This document shows, in pieces, positions 1 to 12,026 of a stretch of DNA of 48,838 bases. How positions within the stretch are numbered: position 1 is the first letter of the stretch; each line of letters begins with the position of its first letter. The DNA is from Neovahlkampfia damariscottae. Taxonomy: Eukaryota. Both the position numbers and the translations under genes were made by a program. The notes under the pieces were generated by a model. The model was given only the letters and a program-made list of their open reading frames with translations. It made no database searches and was not told the origin of the DNA. The stretch spans positions 1-48,838 of the forward strand of contig JABLTG010000150.1 in assembly GCA_016618085.1 (NCBI GenBank). The letters are read 5' to 3'.

Positions 1-55
1 GACTTGAATTATTTTACCGTTGATAATTTTTTTTTAATTTTCCACCAATAAGCTG

Positions 56-1187
56 ATGAACAGTTCTGAAGTAAACAACAACGATAGTAACTGGTGGTTA
101 AAAGTATCAGTTGTTGTATTATCTTTACTATGGGTTGGTTTGTTAATTTTTGTATTTTATCAACAATACACTTGTGACAATTCATATTTTAGATTGAAGT
201 TGGAAAATCAGAAAGAAAAACAAGAGTGTAAGAAAAAAAAAAGAAAATAAAAATCAAAAGATGATAGAAAATTAAATGAAGAAAAAAAAAAACAAATTGC
301 AAAAGTACCTGCAACTAAACCACCTGGTGTGAAGCCATTACCAAAACCTGAAATGCCGTTGAAACCAAAAGAGAAGAAAGTTATCTCATTTGGACTTTAT
401 GGAAGTGCACCAATGGTTTAATCTTTTTTTTTTAATTTTTCAAAAAAGTACATGTTTGGTGCTATCAGAAACGTTGAATTACAAAAACAAATTTTTCCAG
501 ATTGGGTTTGTAGGTTTTATGTCGACAATACTGTTCCAAAACCAATTTTAGATAAATTAAAAGCTAAAGGAGCTGAATTAGTATATCCAGATACTAAATT
601 ATTTGGTGGTGCTATTAGAGGAATGTTTTGGAGATTCTTTGTTTCTGCTGATCCAACTGTTGATCGATTTATCATTCGTGATGCCGATTCTAGATTAAGT
701 TTAAGAGAAAAATTTGCAGTTGATGAATGGATTGCAAGTGGAAAAGGTGTACATTCAATGAGAGACCATCAAAATCATAATTATCCATTTAATGGAGGAA
801 TGTGGGGTGGAGTAAGTCATTTTTTTACACAAAAAAATTAATTATTTATTAGATGAAAGGACATGTACCAAATTTAGTTGAATTATCAAAAAACGTTGGT
901 AGAGATGCTTATATTGCTGATATGAATCTTTTGGCAATTCATGTTTATCCAAAAGTCAAACATAACTTAATTTCTCATGATTCTTATCATTGTGTAAGAT
1001 GGGGTGCAAGAACATTTCCAACAAGAAGATTTCATTTAGGTATTTCTTTTTTTTTTGATTTATTTTTTGTTTAGAACATGTTGGTGGTGTTTTTGATGAA
1101 AATGATATTCCAAGAATTGGTGATATGAAGATTATGAGACCTACACCTGTAGCATGTAGAAGAGAACCTGATTGGACATATTCATAA
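56..1187 (+). CDS. Type II membrane putative glycosyltransferase (KVISFGLYG...RDADSR family), 5 exons
   Basis: GT-AG introns 228-260, 416-448, 812-852 and 1040-1074 join the ORFs into one frame ending TAA at 1187. N-terminal TM helix, Pro/Lys-rich stem and DxD motif (RDADSR). Confidence 0.7.
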
Positions 1188-1261
1188 ATTAAATTTTTTT
1201 TAATTCGTCCTTTTCTTCTTGCAATTTTATTGGTTAAAACTTTTGTTTGAAAAACTTTGCC

Positions 1262-2353
1262 ATGAGTATTATTTCAGTTGTGATAGCATTATCACTGAAT
1301 GTATTTGCTTCTTGTGGAACTATTTTCCTGAATAAACATGTTTTCAAAAATCAAGGATTCACCTTTGGTTTGTTGTTTTAAAAAATTAAAAACCAATTTC
1401 AGGAACAACGTTGACTGTTTTTCATTTTTTTGTCACTTTTATATTATGTTTGCTATGTAGTCAATTAGGAGTATTTGAAGTAAAGAAATTGGACATGAAA
1501 AAAATCATCCAACTTTCATTGGCGTTTTGTGGTAAAAATTAAAATTAAAATTAAAATTGAAGGATATGTTGTTTTTAATAATCTTTCATTGATGTTTAAT
1601 TCAGTTTCATTTTATCAAGTGATGAAAATTTTATGTACACCTTTGATCATTTTTATTCAAAGTTATTTTTATGATGTTCAAACAGACAATAGAACAAAAT
1701 TAGCTTTATTACCTGTTTGTGTAGGTATATTTATCACTGTTGTTACAGATATGGAAATTAATCTTGTTGGTACAATTTTTGCATTATTGGCTACTCTTTC
1801 AAATACATTGTATACGATTGTAAGAATAGAAATTTTTTTATTAAAAATAAATAGTGGGGTAAAACAAAAATGAATGAATTGGACGCAAATCCGATGCAAA
1901 TTTTATTATACCAAAGTATAACATCATGTATCATGCTTTGTTTTTGTATTCCAATTTTTGACAATACAAAATTACTCATGGTTTATAATTTCACACCAAC
2001 AAATATTGTAAGTTATTTTAATCTAATTCATCATTAAAAAGGCATGGATTCTTTCAACTTGCATCACAGCTTTCTTAGTTAATTTTTCATTTTTTCTGTT
2101 AAGTTCTGTGACTTCATCACTGACTGTAAATGTCATTGGGTATCTTAAGACATGTATTGTATTCATAGGAGGATTTTTATTCTTTGGAACAAAATTGGAA
2201 GTCAAAAATGTGTTAGGAATTTCATTAACTTTACTTGGTGTTTTGATATACACTTATGTAAAAATGAATCCAGTTCAAAAAGAAAGTAATGAACCAAAGC
2301 AAGATTTAGAAGAACCAAATTCAGAAGAAACTGAAGAAATTTCAAAAAAATAA
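1262..2353 (+). CDS. Nucleotide-sugar transporter (SLC35E3/UXT, TPT-DMT family), 5 exons
   Basis: Spliced product carries TIFLNK, NNLSLMFNSVSFYQVMK and TSSLTVNVIGYLKT motifs with multiple TM segments; 4 short GT-AG introns. Confidence 0.9.
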
Positions 2354-2409
2354 ACTTTTTTAACAGCTGATTGGTTGAAGCTGCTGCCACTCAAAATTGA
2401 GGTTGTTAA

Positions 2410-3543
2410 ATGATAAAGAACAATGTCAATTCACTTTTAATGTTGTTTATAATCTCAATTGCTCTAATAACTGTTGTTTTTTTTTCGTTTCAAAATCATA
2501 AACAGATTATTCGTCTGAAACATCAACAAGAATCATTTATTAAACAGTTGGAAAAAAAAAATGAAAGAAAAATGAATGAATTAATTGATAAAATAAACAA
2601 AAATAATTTGAAGCAAGAAATAGTTGAACTATCAACAAAATTAAACCACTATCAAAAAAAAGTAGGAAGTTTAGAAATTTCTAAAGATGAAACTCTTGAT
2701 GATGTAACTATTTATGGATCTCAACTTGATTTTTTTTCACCTTTTTTCGTCAAAGGAAAAAGAAGAAATTGTTTGTACACTTTGACGTCACAGTTATCAT
2801 TACCAAGAATCAATAGAGTATCAATGCAATTAAAAAACTGGAGTGAATGTATTTCCATTGCTTTACATATCAATATCAAAGATTTTGAAAGAAAATTCAA
2901 AAACTCATTGAAACTAGTGAGAAATATGATAAAAAATGAATTTAATGATATTTATGAAAATGTTGATATTCATTTGCATATTTCAGAATATTATAAAATC
3001 AATACTTTGAGGAGTTTCAGTTTAAAATATTCACCAACTGAATTGGTTGTCATTCTTGATATTGATTGGATACTGAGTTCTAATATTTTAGAGAATTTAA
3101 GAAAATTTGGACCACCAAAACGAAAATCAATTTATGCGTTGATGACTTTATATTGGAATTGTACAAAAACATGTTTTTATCCTTATGGACAACATTTGTT
3201 GGATTATGAACGTTGGAGAAAATCTGAGGATATGTATGAAATAGGTCTTGGGTTTCCATTTGAGCCTTATATCATTGGATATAAATCAGAATTCCCAGAA
3301 TTTTCAAAACGATTTGATTTTGGAGGGAATGATAAAGTATCATTCATGTATGAAATCTCATTGATGAAGTTCAAATGTTATGTAATGCCTAAAGTATACG
3401 TAGCTCATTATCCTCATGAAAAAATTGAGCATTGGGGCACAAGAAGTTATGAAAGAGCAGTTGAGCAGTGGAGTTTCTTCATCAAAGAACTCCAACAAAA
3501 ATTTCCAAACGAAAAAATTATCAATCAGTACAAAAAAAAGTAA
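2410..3543 (+). CDS. GT49 (LARGE/B4GAT1-like) glycosyltransferase, type II membrane, intronless
   Basis: N-terminal TM and coiled coil, then YKINTLRS, LDID (DxD), FEPY, GNDKVS and HYPH motifs typical of GT49. Confidence 0.75.
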   Translation: MIKNNVNSLLMLFIISIALITVVFFSFQNHKQIIRLKHQQESFIKQLEKKNERKMNELIDKINKNNLKQEIVELSTKLNHYQKKVGSLEISKDETLDDVTIYGSQLDFFSPFFVKGKRRNCLYTLTSQLSLPRINRVSMQLKNWSECISIALHINIKDFERKFKNSLKLVRNMIKNEFNDIYENVDIHLHISEYYKINTLRSFSLKYSPTELVVILDIDWILSSNILENLRKFGPPKRKSIYALMTLYWNCTKTCFYPYGQHLLDYERWRKSEDMYEIGLGFPFEPYIIGYKSEFPEFSKRFDFGGNDKVSFMYEISLMKFKCYVMPKVYVAHYPHEKIEHWGTRSYERAVEQWSFFIKELQQKFPNEKIINQYKKK

Positions 3544-3618
3544 AAATTATTTCTTCACAAAAAATAGACATCAATTTTACCAGATTATTTGAACCAATCA
3601 CATTTTTTCTTAAGAAAA

Positions 3619-5092
3619 ATGGTGCAACGAGAAACTATGAAAATTCTTGTTGTCATAGTTTTTATAAACATTGTAATTTCGAGTTTTTTTTATTTCTACA
3701 TGTCCAAAAATTCCACAAACAAGTCAATTCAAGTATCAAATTTTCACACTGAAATAAAAAATATAACAACTTTTTTAGAAAAAGAAAAAGAAGAAAAACA
3801 CAATATAAAAAACAAGTATTATCATTTAAAAAAGAAATTTAAAAAATTCACCGAAAAATTCAAAAAAGAAAAATTGGAACTTGAAAATACACTAAATGAG
3901 AAGGAAAAAAAAATAAAAACACTCTCACAATTAAATATGGTCAAAGGTAAAGTTCAAAAGATTTCAAAACCAAAACTCAAAAATTACTTTCCATTGATTG
4001 AAACAAATCATCCAATTCCAAACAAGAATCGAAGGAAATTAATCAATCAAGAGTGTTTGCCACATGATCTTGAAGGTCACAATCAAAAAACAAAGGAAAT
4101 TTTTAAGAAATGTGAATATGCAAAAAATGGTTCGATGTATAATTCAACCTATGATGATGGATTTTCAATTCCTTACGGTGATTCGTTCAAAATTTTTTTG
4201 GAATTTGTTCATTGTCAAGTACCATTTGCATTGGGTTTGATAAATTTAATCTTATGATTTAGTTCGATATGGCGATGGTGAACATTTATTGGCTAAAGGA
4301 ATTTCATTGGATAAACGATTTCAAGCATTCACTAGAGACAAATGGACTTGGGATGGTGGTGTGAAAAATGTGTCAATTGTAATCAAATATTCTTCTTATT
4401 ATTTAAAAGGATCTCATCGCTTCGTTGCACGGAACTGGAAATTATTTCCTTGGTTTCAGTGCTCCGTACCATTCAATTCATTTCTAAACTTTTCAATAGT
4501 GAATCATTTATATCAGCTTTGAGATGGGGTGTTCAAAATTCCGCCAAGACACACGACCATAGATTATACACTCTTTCCCTATTGTTCTATTTAAACTTCA
4601 ATGGAATGGTTGATTTTTTGGATGAAATTGAAAAGAAAAAACTCGCTCAGAAGGTCATTTTGTTTGTAAATATTGCTGCAAAATTCCAGGAATCAAGGTT
4701 TAGCAAATATTTCAGTCATATCTATTAGTAATTTTTCGATATTGTTAACTGATAGTTTTTTTGATGATGGTCCTAATACCTATGAAAAAAATCGAGAATT
4801 GATTCTTGATCAAGCAAGGTCTATTGCTAAAGCACATCAAAATTCGTTGTTTTTGATGTCCGGAGGTCCAGTCGCGAAGATTTTGATACATGAAATGTGG
4901 AAAGCCAGTAAATGCAATCAGTATGTTGATTTTGGTTCATTTTTAGATTATTATACAAAAAGAACAGATTTTCCAAATAAAATAGCTGTAGGAAAACAAG
5001 ATTTTAAAAGATGGAAATATTTCAAAGCAACTGATCATTTTGAAGTAAAAGAAAATGTTCCAAATGCAAAAGCAAAAATTTTCAAAGGGTAA
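3619..5092 (+). CDS. Type II membrane protein with GT-D-fold (DUF1792-like) glycosyltransferase domain, 5 exons
   Basis: Removing intron 4235-4262 gives FALVRYGDGE. The C-terminal LMSGGPVAKILIHEMW...QYVDFGSFLD matches the GT-D pattern. N-terminal TM and coiled coil. Confidence 0.65.
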
Positions 5093-5204
5093 AGCTTCTA
5101 AATTTTCATTGAATGGATTATTATTATAAGAATTATAAGAATCTCTTTCTTTTCACAATCAAATCTCTCATTCTCTTCGGACCAATCATATCCTTTTTAG
5201 CAAC

Positions 5205-6728
5205 ATGAAGAAAAAACTTGACCTTGAAGCATTGAAGTCAATTTTAACAATATTAAATTTGAACTACCAAAACCATGGAGGAATATTTCAACCAGAAAAA
5301 CTGAATTTGAAAACTCTTTTTTGTGTGTTTAGAATGAAAGTAGAAATTCCAAGTTTTCTTCACAGTTTATTTTCAAATATATTAGTCAAAAAACTTGTTA
5401 TTTCCAATAAATTAGCAAGCTATGAACATGAAATAAGTATAAAATTGGCTATTTCGGAGCACGAACCTTTTTTTTGTGGTAAAACAGAAACTGAACTTCA
5501 AGTTGAAACTATTTTTTTCACAGTTGAAAAAGAATACTTTAAGCAGTTAAATGATAAGTATGAATGCCATGGAGTGCATAATTTAGATCAGATGTATGAT
5601 TTCAAGCTTGAACTGTCACACAAAATTGACATTGAAACTGAAGTAAAATTTGTCAATGGTGATTTGACAATCAACACAAAATTCAACACAAAAAAATCGA
5701 GCCATATTATACCTTTTACCTACACAGATGTCATAAATTTTAAATCTTTTGAAGAAATGTCAAAAGTCGCATCTTTTCCAACATCAAACTTTTTCCAATT
5801 TTTGAATACAAATAATTCACCGATAAAATCAACAATACTCAATTTTGAATTGACAAATGATTCATTTGAAATAACTCATTTCGTGGTTCAAACCAAAATG
5901 AAATTCTTTCTGAATGAAAAAGAATGTATGTTGAATAGTGTAAAATTGAACAATGGTGCATTCACATTTTTGTATTCTTTGATTGATGATGAAATTTATG
6001 AATCAAATATTGTGTTATTGGATGAGCCATATTCAATAAAATCTGAAAATTGGGTATCATATTGCAATTTGAAAATTCATAAACTTTTCTTCAACGAAAA
6101 TGTTTCACTGATAAAAGAAATACCAAAAATATATCATGGAAAACCATGTAAAATAGAGTCAACAACCATTTATAATGCTGATTATTCAATTAAATCATCT
6201 ACAGATCATTCAATTTTCTTTCAATTAACAAAATTTATAATATTGAAGGTCTCCAATAAATCACCAAAATTTGTGTTTAAATACCACGAATTTGAGTTCA
6301 ATTTTAATGAATTAAATGAAAAGGGTGAATTTATTAACAGCAATTTCTGCAAATATTCCAGCGAATTGTTCTCGAACCTATATGATCATAACAATCAATT
6401 GGATTTATATCAAGTGCTACAGGATTTCGAAATAGGAAGAAATTTATTGAAATATGATATTTTAAAGTATGACAGAACACAAAACCAAGACAAGAAGATT
6501 ATAATTTGTTTGATTGATGTGGGAAAGATAACACTCAAATTTGAAGAATGTTTTTTGGAATTTTCAGCAAACGAAAATGATATTTTGATTCGTTTTCCAC
6601 TTCAACCAAGAGAAAATATCGAAGTTTTCATTAAATCATTTTACAATTCTATCACAGATGAAAAAAATTCCAAATCATTGAATGTTCAAAAAATTGAGAT
6701 AAAAAATGTAACATTTCATTTTTCATGA
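5205..6728 (+). CDS. Uncharacterised 507-aa protein, intronless
   Basis: Long ATG-initiated ORF with CCAAT at 5182-5186; no recognisable domain. Confidence 0.7.
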   Translation: MKKKLDLEALKSILTILNLNYQNHGGIFQPEKLNLKTLFCVFRMKVEIPSFLHSLFSNILVKKLVISNKLASYEHEISIKLAISEHEPFFCGKTETELQVETIFFTVEKEYFKQLNDKYECHGVHNLDQMYDFKLELSHKIDIETEVKFVNGDLTINTKFNTKKSSHIIPFTYTDVINFKSFEEMSKVASFPTSNFFQFLNTNNSPIKSTILNFELTNDSFEITHFVVQTKMKFFLNEKECMLNSVKLNNGAFTFLYSLIDDEIYESNIVLLDEPYSIKSENWVSYCNLKIHKLFFNENVSLIKEIPKIYHGKPCKIESTTIYNADYSIKSSTDHSIFFQLTKFIILKVSNKSPKFVFKYHEFEFNFNELNEKGEFINSNFCKYSSELFSNLYDHNNQLDLYQVLQDFEIGRNLLKYDILKYDRTQNQDKKIIICLIDVGKITLKFEECFLEFSANENDILIRFPLQPRENIEVFIKSFYNSITDEKNSKSLNVQKIEIKNVTFHFS

Positions 6729-6913
6729 AAACTTCGGATCAAAATAAATATTATCAGTATTTTTCACATGTTAATGTCTCCTTTCAGTTCTAAATTTATC
6801 GACCTATGATTTTTAACTGACTTGAAAAATTGATCATCAGCTCTTTCCTGTTCCAAACCAAGTTAGAGGCTTCATTGATACAACAACACAAATAGAATTG
6901 ATGAATAAATAAT

Positions 6914-8665
6914 TTATTGAGATTTATCAATCAATGGTTTAATTGATGATTTTAGATGCTCTTTATGTTCAAAATCATGTTTTGCATTTAATTGATCAAC
7001 ACTCATACCAGCTTCATTTGTAATCTCATCTTGTAATTCTCTTCCTTTTGTTTCAATAGGCAAAATAAAAGCACAAACTCCAGCGGTACACAAAGCTACT
7101 CCATATGTAAGAAAAGGCCAAAGAAATCCATAACTCAGTAAAGTTGTTCCAAACATTGGTGTCAATGTTCCAGCTATACGTGTAAACATTGAACATGCAC
7201 CCATTCCTGTCGTTCTTAACATTGTTGGATATACTTCTGGAGTATACATGTAGATAATAGCCCAAGGAGCAGCACTGAAGATATTGACAATTGAAGACAT
7301 TGTTACAATATAAATCGCATTACTCCAAACACCAGTAATAACTGTCAAAACACCAGTAATGATGAAAAATACTCCCATCAATGTTTTTCGTCCAATAATA
7401 TTAACCAAAAAGAATAAAGCGACAAATCCAATTGTACCACAAAGTGTAACGATCTAAAAGTTGTTAAATAATTGTAATTCAATTACTAATGTATCACTGT
7501 AAATGTATGATCTATCTCCTTGATGCATTTTTTCAAAAACCAATGGTGTGATGAACGCAAATCCCCAAGATCCATAACTTAAACAAAACCACATGACCCA
7601 TAAAATAAGTGTTGTAAAGATCAATTGTCTTGAAAATAATCCCAAAATTGTTTTAATAAGAGGTGGTTTTTTTTGAGTTGCATGATAAACAAGTCTTCCT
7701 TCTGGTAATGGATGTCTATTCCAAACTGAAATTACTCTCAAAATTTCATATACTCTATGGATATCTCTTTTAACCCTATTGTTGAAGTTTAATTTCTTTT
7801 TTGATTTACATGTAAAATCTTGGACTTTCTGGTACAAATAATCTTGCAACAATTATAATGATTCCAGGAGAAGCAGCTACTGCAACAAGAATTCTCCAAC
7901 GATGAGCTTCAATAAGAACACTTGGTAAAATTAGCCAAGCGGCTAAACACATGAAAATAGCCCCGACTTGCCTTTGATAGGGTTAGAGAAATTAAAGAAT
8001 AATACCAGTATATATTCATGAGAACCATCGTTAATCCTCGATATTTTGTTGGACAAAATTCTAGAAAAAGAGCAATATCTGTAGGTACAGAAGCTCCAAG
8101 TCCAATTCCTGCACAACAACGAAAGATTAAAAAGTATACAAAACCTGGTGAAAAAGCAGAAGCAAATCCCATAACTGTAGTGATAGCAATAGCTCCAACA
8201 AATATGATTTTTCTTCCAAAAACATCACTTATCAAACCACCCAAAGTTGCTCCAATCATCTACAAAGAAATTTAACACAAAAAAAAATAAAATACCATTC
8301 CAAAGAAAACTGCAGAACCACACATACCAGCTTGAATTGGTGTTAATTCCCAATGATTTGTCATATTCTATTGACTTTTAAAAAAAAATTTTTTACTGGT
8401 AAAATGAAACTGATAAGAAGTAACTCAATGCCATCAAACTTTTTTTTTTTTAGTTTATTTTTTTCTTTACCATCCATCCAGAACCACAAATGAACATTAA
8501 TATAACTTGGTAAATTCCAAAACCAATGTGGTCAAGTGCTTCGTCATATGTGTAAACAGCTGATTCACCAATGTCTTCGTCCATTATTTCTTCTTTACTT
8601 AAATAAGTTTGTTCGTCATTTAATTCATCAATCTTTTGATTATCTTGAACATCAATGTCAGACAT
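6914..8665 (-). CDS. MFS transporter, SV2/SVOP-like, 7 exons
   Basis: SDVFGRK, PESPRF, YTPEVYPTMLRTTGMG and PIETKGR motifs; 6 GT-AG introns restore a single frame. Confidence 0.9.
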
Positions 8666-8857
8666 GGTTGTGAGCAGGTTGTGGATGAAGTGAAAAAATT
8701 GACCAATGAAACAGAAATTTTACTGATTTTGATTTATTTTTGTTCTTGTTTCTATAAATAGCTTTTTCTTCCATTATTTGCTCAAAATGCTATCGCTGAA
8801 AATCAATTTTCCGAACCAATAATCTTGAATTATTTTTCACAAAAAAATTGCATAGAG

Positions 8858-9139
8858 ATGAATGCAGTTTTAAAAATTTTGAGAGGACATGAATGGAAAG
8901 AATTTCAAGAAAAAAAAGAATTCTTGGGATCAGTTGCTGATTTAAAAGATGGGTTCATCCACTGTGCATACGAAGACCAACTTGAAAAAACAATCAAGAA
9001 ATTTTTTTCTGAAGAACCAAAAGTTTTCATTGCAGAAATTGACTGCACAAATTTAAATCTCAAAGTAGAAAATGGATTTCCTCACATTTATGAAACCAAA
9101 ATTGAAATATCAACTGTCAAAAGTATCATTGAAAAATAA
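8858..9139 (+). CDS. DUF952 family protein, intronless
   Basis: DLKDGFIHC and GFPHIY motifs; ATG at 8858 preceded by CCAAT at 8816-8820. Confidence 0.85.
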   Translation: MNAVLKILRGHEWKEFQEKKEFLGSVADLKDGFIHCAYEDQLEKTIKKFFSEEPKVFIAEIDCTNLNLKVENGFPHIYETKIEISTVKSIIEK

Positions 9140-9143
9140 AATT

Positions 9144-11503
9144 TTATCTTTTTCTAAAAACGCATTTTCTTTGATGTCTGTATTCTAATTCCTTTCTTTG
9201 ACACATAATATAAATTGCTTTTTCTGATAAATTTCTCTCAAATCCTTGTTTTTCTAATAAAGTTAATAAAGAATCTTGATTGGTTGTTGATTGAATTGGC
9301 AATCTTTTCTTAATTTCTTCTTCAATAATTTGAAGATCTTTTGTTGCTTTGTCCGAGAGTGAAATATGATTAACATTGGATTTTATAGCTTGAACAGTAC
9401 TTGATGTAAATAAACGAATCGCTTCTTCAGCATCTGTTTTTGTAGCCTCTTGAGCCAATCTCATTCTTGCTAAAGACTCTGATATTCTAATTAATGCTTC
9501 AAGTTGTCTGACTGTAATTGGAATAGATTTACTTCCTTCCCTATTTAAATACCTTTGTTTTACATAATAATTCTTTAATGTTTCAGCAGCTTCTTCTGAA
9601 ATTCTTGGAGACACTTTCATTCTACAATATGCAATGTATCGTTTTAAATCTTCTAAACTGATGTCTCCTTCTTTGTTTGTGGTTGTTCCAGATTTATGAA
9701 CATTCAAAACATGTCTTGCTAACCTTTCATCATTTTCACTGTCTTTTAGATCTCTAACAATAAAAATCATATCAAAACGTGAAAGAATTGTTGTTTGGAA
9801 ATCAATTTGTTCTTCAGGTGATCTCATGTCATCATATCTACCAAAAATAGGATTTGCTGCAGCCAACACAGAAGTTCTGCTATTTAAAACAGTAGTAATT
9901 CCTGCTTTTGCAATACTGATAGTTTGTTGTTCCTAAAAAGATATTGAATGAATATGATGAGCTTACCATAGCTTCATGAATTGCTACTCTATCTTGAGCT
10001 CTCATTTTATCAAATTCTTATTAAATGTTAATGTTTTGTTCAATTTACCATCAATACAAACAATCCCTGAATCTGCTAAAACCATTGAACCTCCTTCTAA
10101 ATAATAATCTCCAGTACCTGGTTCTTTAATAATAGATGCTGTTAAACCAGCTGCTGATGATCCTTTTCCAGAAGTATAGACACCAATTGGTGCAACTTTT
10201 TCAACAAATTTTAATAATTGAGATTTGGCTGTTGATGGATCTCCAAGTAATAAGATCTATTAAAAAATGTTGAATATTTAAGAGATTTTACATTGATGTC
10301 ACCTCTTCTTTTTGTTCCATCTTGTAATATTTTTCTTGAACCTCCAAATAATTCACAAGCAATTGCCTTTTTAATATCATCAAGTCCAAAAATGGCTGGA
10401 TCAATATTTCTTGCAATTGTCTCATAAATATTTGGATCATTGGATCTTTGTATGATTTTTGTTTCTTCTTCTTTGGTGAAATGAAGTATATTTCTTCCTA
10501 ATGAAGAATCAATATCTGTTGATTGAATTCCAATAACTCTCACGTATGGATAACGAAGTGAAACTGATGCTTTATCTTTTTTTTTACCTTGACCTTGAAA
10601 AGTTGAATAGATACCAACAATTTCAATTCTTGAGCCTGGTGATGCTTTTTCGACCAAGTGACCGTCTGAAGAAATTTTGGTTAAAATAGATGATTGTTTT
10701 CTTTACCAATGGTCAAAATTAAACTTCTTGGCATTTCACCAGTAGGTACATTTTCAGGTAATTCTTGGAGTTTTAATGTTTGTTGATCGATAAATTGACA
10801 TTTATCCGCTATAATTGTATAAGGATCATTTGGGCATTCTTTTTGCTTTTCATTTGTATTTGTGATTTTAATGGAATCACATTTTTGTGGTATTTGAATT
10901 CCAGTAAAACCTGCCGAAATTGGAATTACTTTTTCGTCATGACAAGTTGAGCATCTCAAGTAGATGTTCTGATAAAAAAAATGAAAAATTTTCTTTGAAT
11001 TTACTGTTGCTTTACTTTGTGTTCTTGATGCTTTAATAACAATTCCGGTTAATGTTATCAATTTAGAGACATGATTTGACTTTTTCAAAAAGTTAAAAAA
11101 ACAAATTTCTAACTGATAAATCTCGAATACCCATCGGTTTTGAGTTCCAAGTGAAACTTAACTGAATGTTTTTTAATGGTAGTGAAAGTGATTCAGCAGC
11201 ATCTTGAGCTCCTTTTTCTAATTCTGGAAGAATTCTATTTGGATCTTCTGAAAACAAAGTTGTTAATTTTTCATCAAAAGAGTTCATATCTTCAATTCTA
11301 ATATTGAAAGTATTTAATCCAAAATTTGTTTTTAAGTCTTCTCTGTAAATATAACCATCTTCTGTTTGATAATTTCTGTATTGTTTTTTTTAATTTTTTT
11401 ATGAGTACCTGAGGAATGCTTTGAATTTTCTTCTGATATTCTCAGAAGAAGAATCATCTTTATTGAATGTTTCAGCAACTGTGATTTTTGATTGTTGCAT
11501 CAT
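9144..11503 (-). CDS. MCM5: DNA replication licensing factor MCM5, 8 exons
   Basis: MCM box [42 protein letters not shown] and VPTGEMPR; Zn-binding cysteines; 7 GT-AG introns. Confidence 0.95.
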
Positions 11504-11510
11504 GTTGATG

Positions 11511-11524
11511 TTTTCCCACCAAAA
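11511..11524 (-). promoter_or_regulatory. E2F-like site TTTTCCCACCAAAA upstream of MCM5
   Basis: One mismatch from TTTTCCCGCCAAAA; lies 7 nt upstream of the MCM5 ATG, next to ATTGG at 11540-11544. Confidence 0.55.
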
Positions 11525-12026
11525 CTGTTGATGTGTCTGATTGGTTGAATTCAACAAATGAATGGCAACAAACTTAATGACTTTCTAAATCCTAATAATA
11601 TCATTATTTTCTGCATCTTGTGGAAGTAAAAAATCTGATTTTTCCACCAATGGAAACAGTTTTCCAAGAATAAACATCTGAGAACTGATGAAAAGTAAAT
11701 TACCTGATGAACCAAGAAATAACAAGAAAAAGACCTACAAACGTTCTGGATCGTGATTGTGCAGGTATTTTTCAAAAACATTATTCAACTCAAGTCGCTT
11801 AACTTTTTTCACTCAATGATTGCACTGTCAAAATTTGCATACCAGGAAAATGTGCTCATTTGGAGAAGAAAAGACAAAGAATAAACAATGTTCTGTTATC
11901 CACCAGACCATTTCTTATCAAAAGAAAAAATTAATTTCTATTGAAGAAACAGGAATTGATCTTCATTCATCAATGGAATCACAATTAGGAATAAATGTAA
12001 AAATGAGATTTTAAATAAAGTATAAT

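Noticed and set aside
1533..1560. (AAAATT)n short tandem repeat
   Set aside because: Lies within a 31-nt intron; ordinary AT-rich slippage.
11685..11720. Two CTGATGA copies, one followed by GAAA (hammerhead ribozyme or box C/D snoRNA-like)
   Set aside because: No stem II or flanking stems for a hammerhead, and no properly placed terminal box D or stem for a snoRNA.
11551..12014. Possible plus-strand gene between MCM5 and the ceramidase (ATG 11558, ORF ending 12014)
   Set aside because: No GT-AG splicing gave a stop-free frame and no motif was recognisable. It may be a decayed gene, but I cannot support a call.
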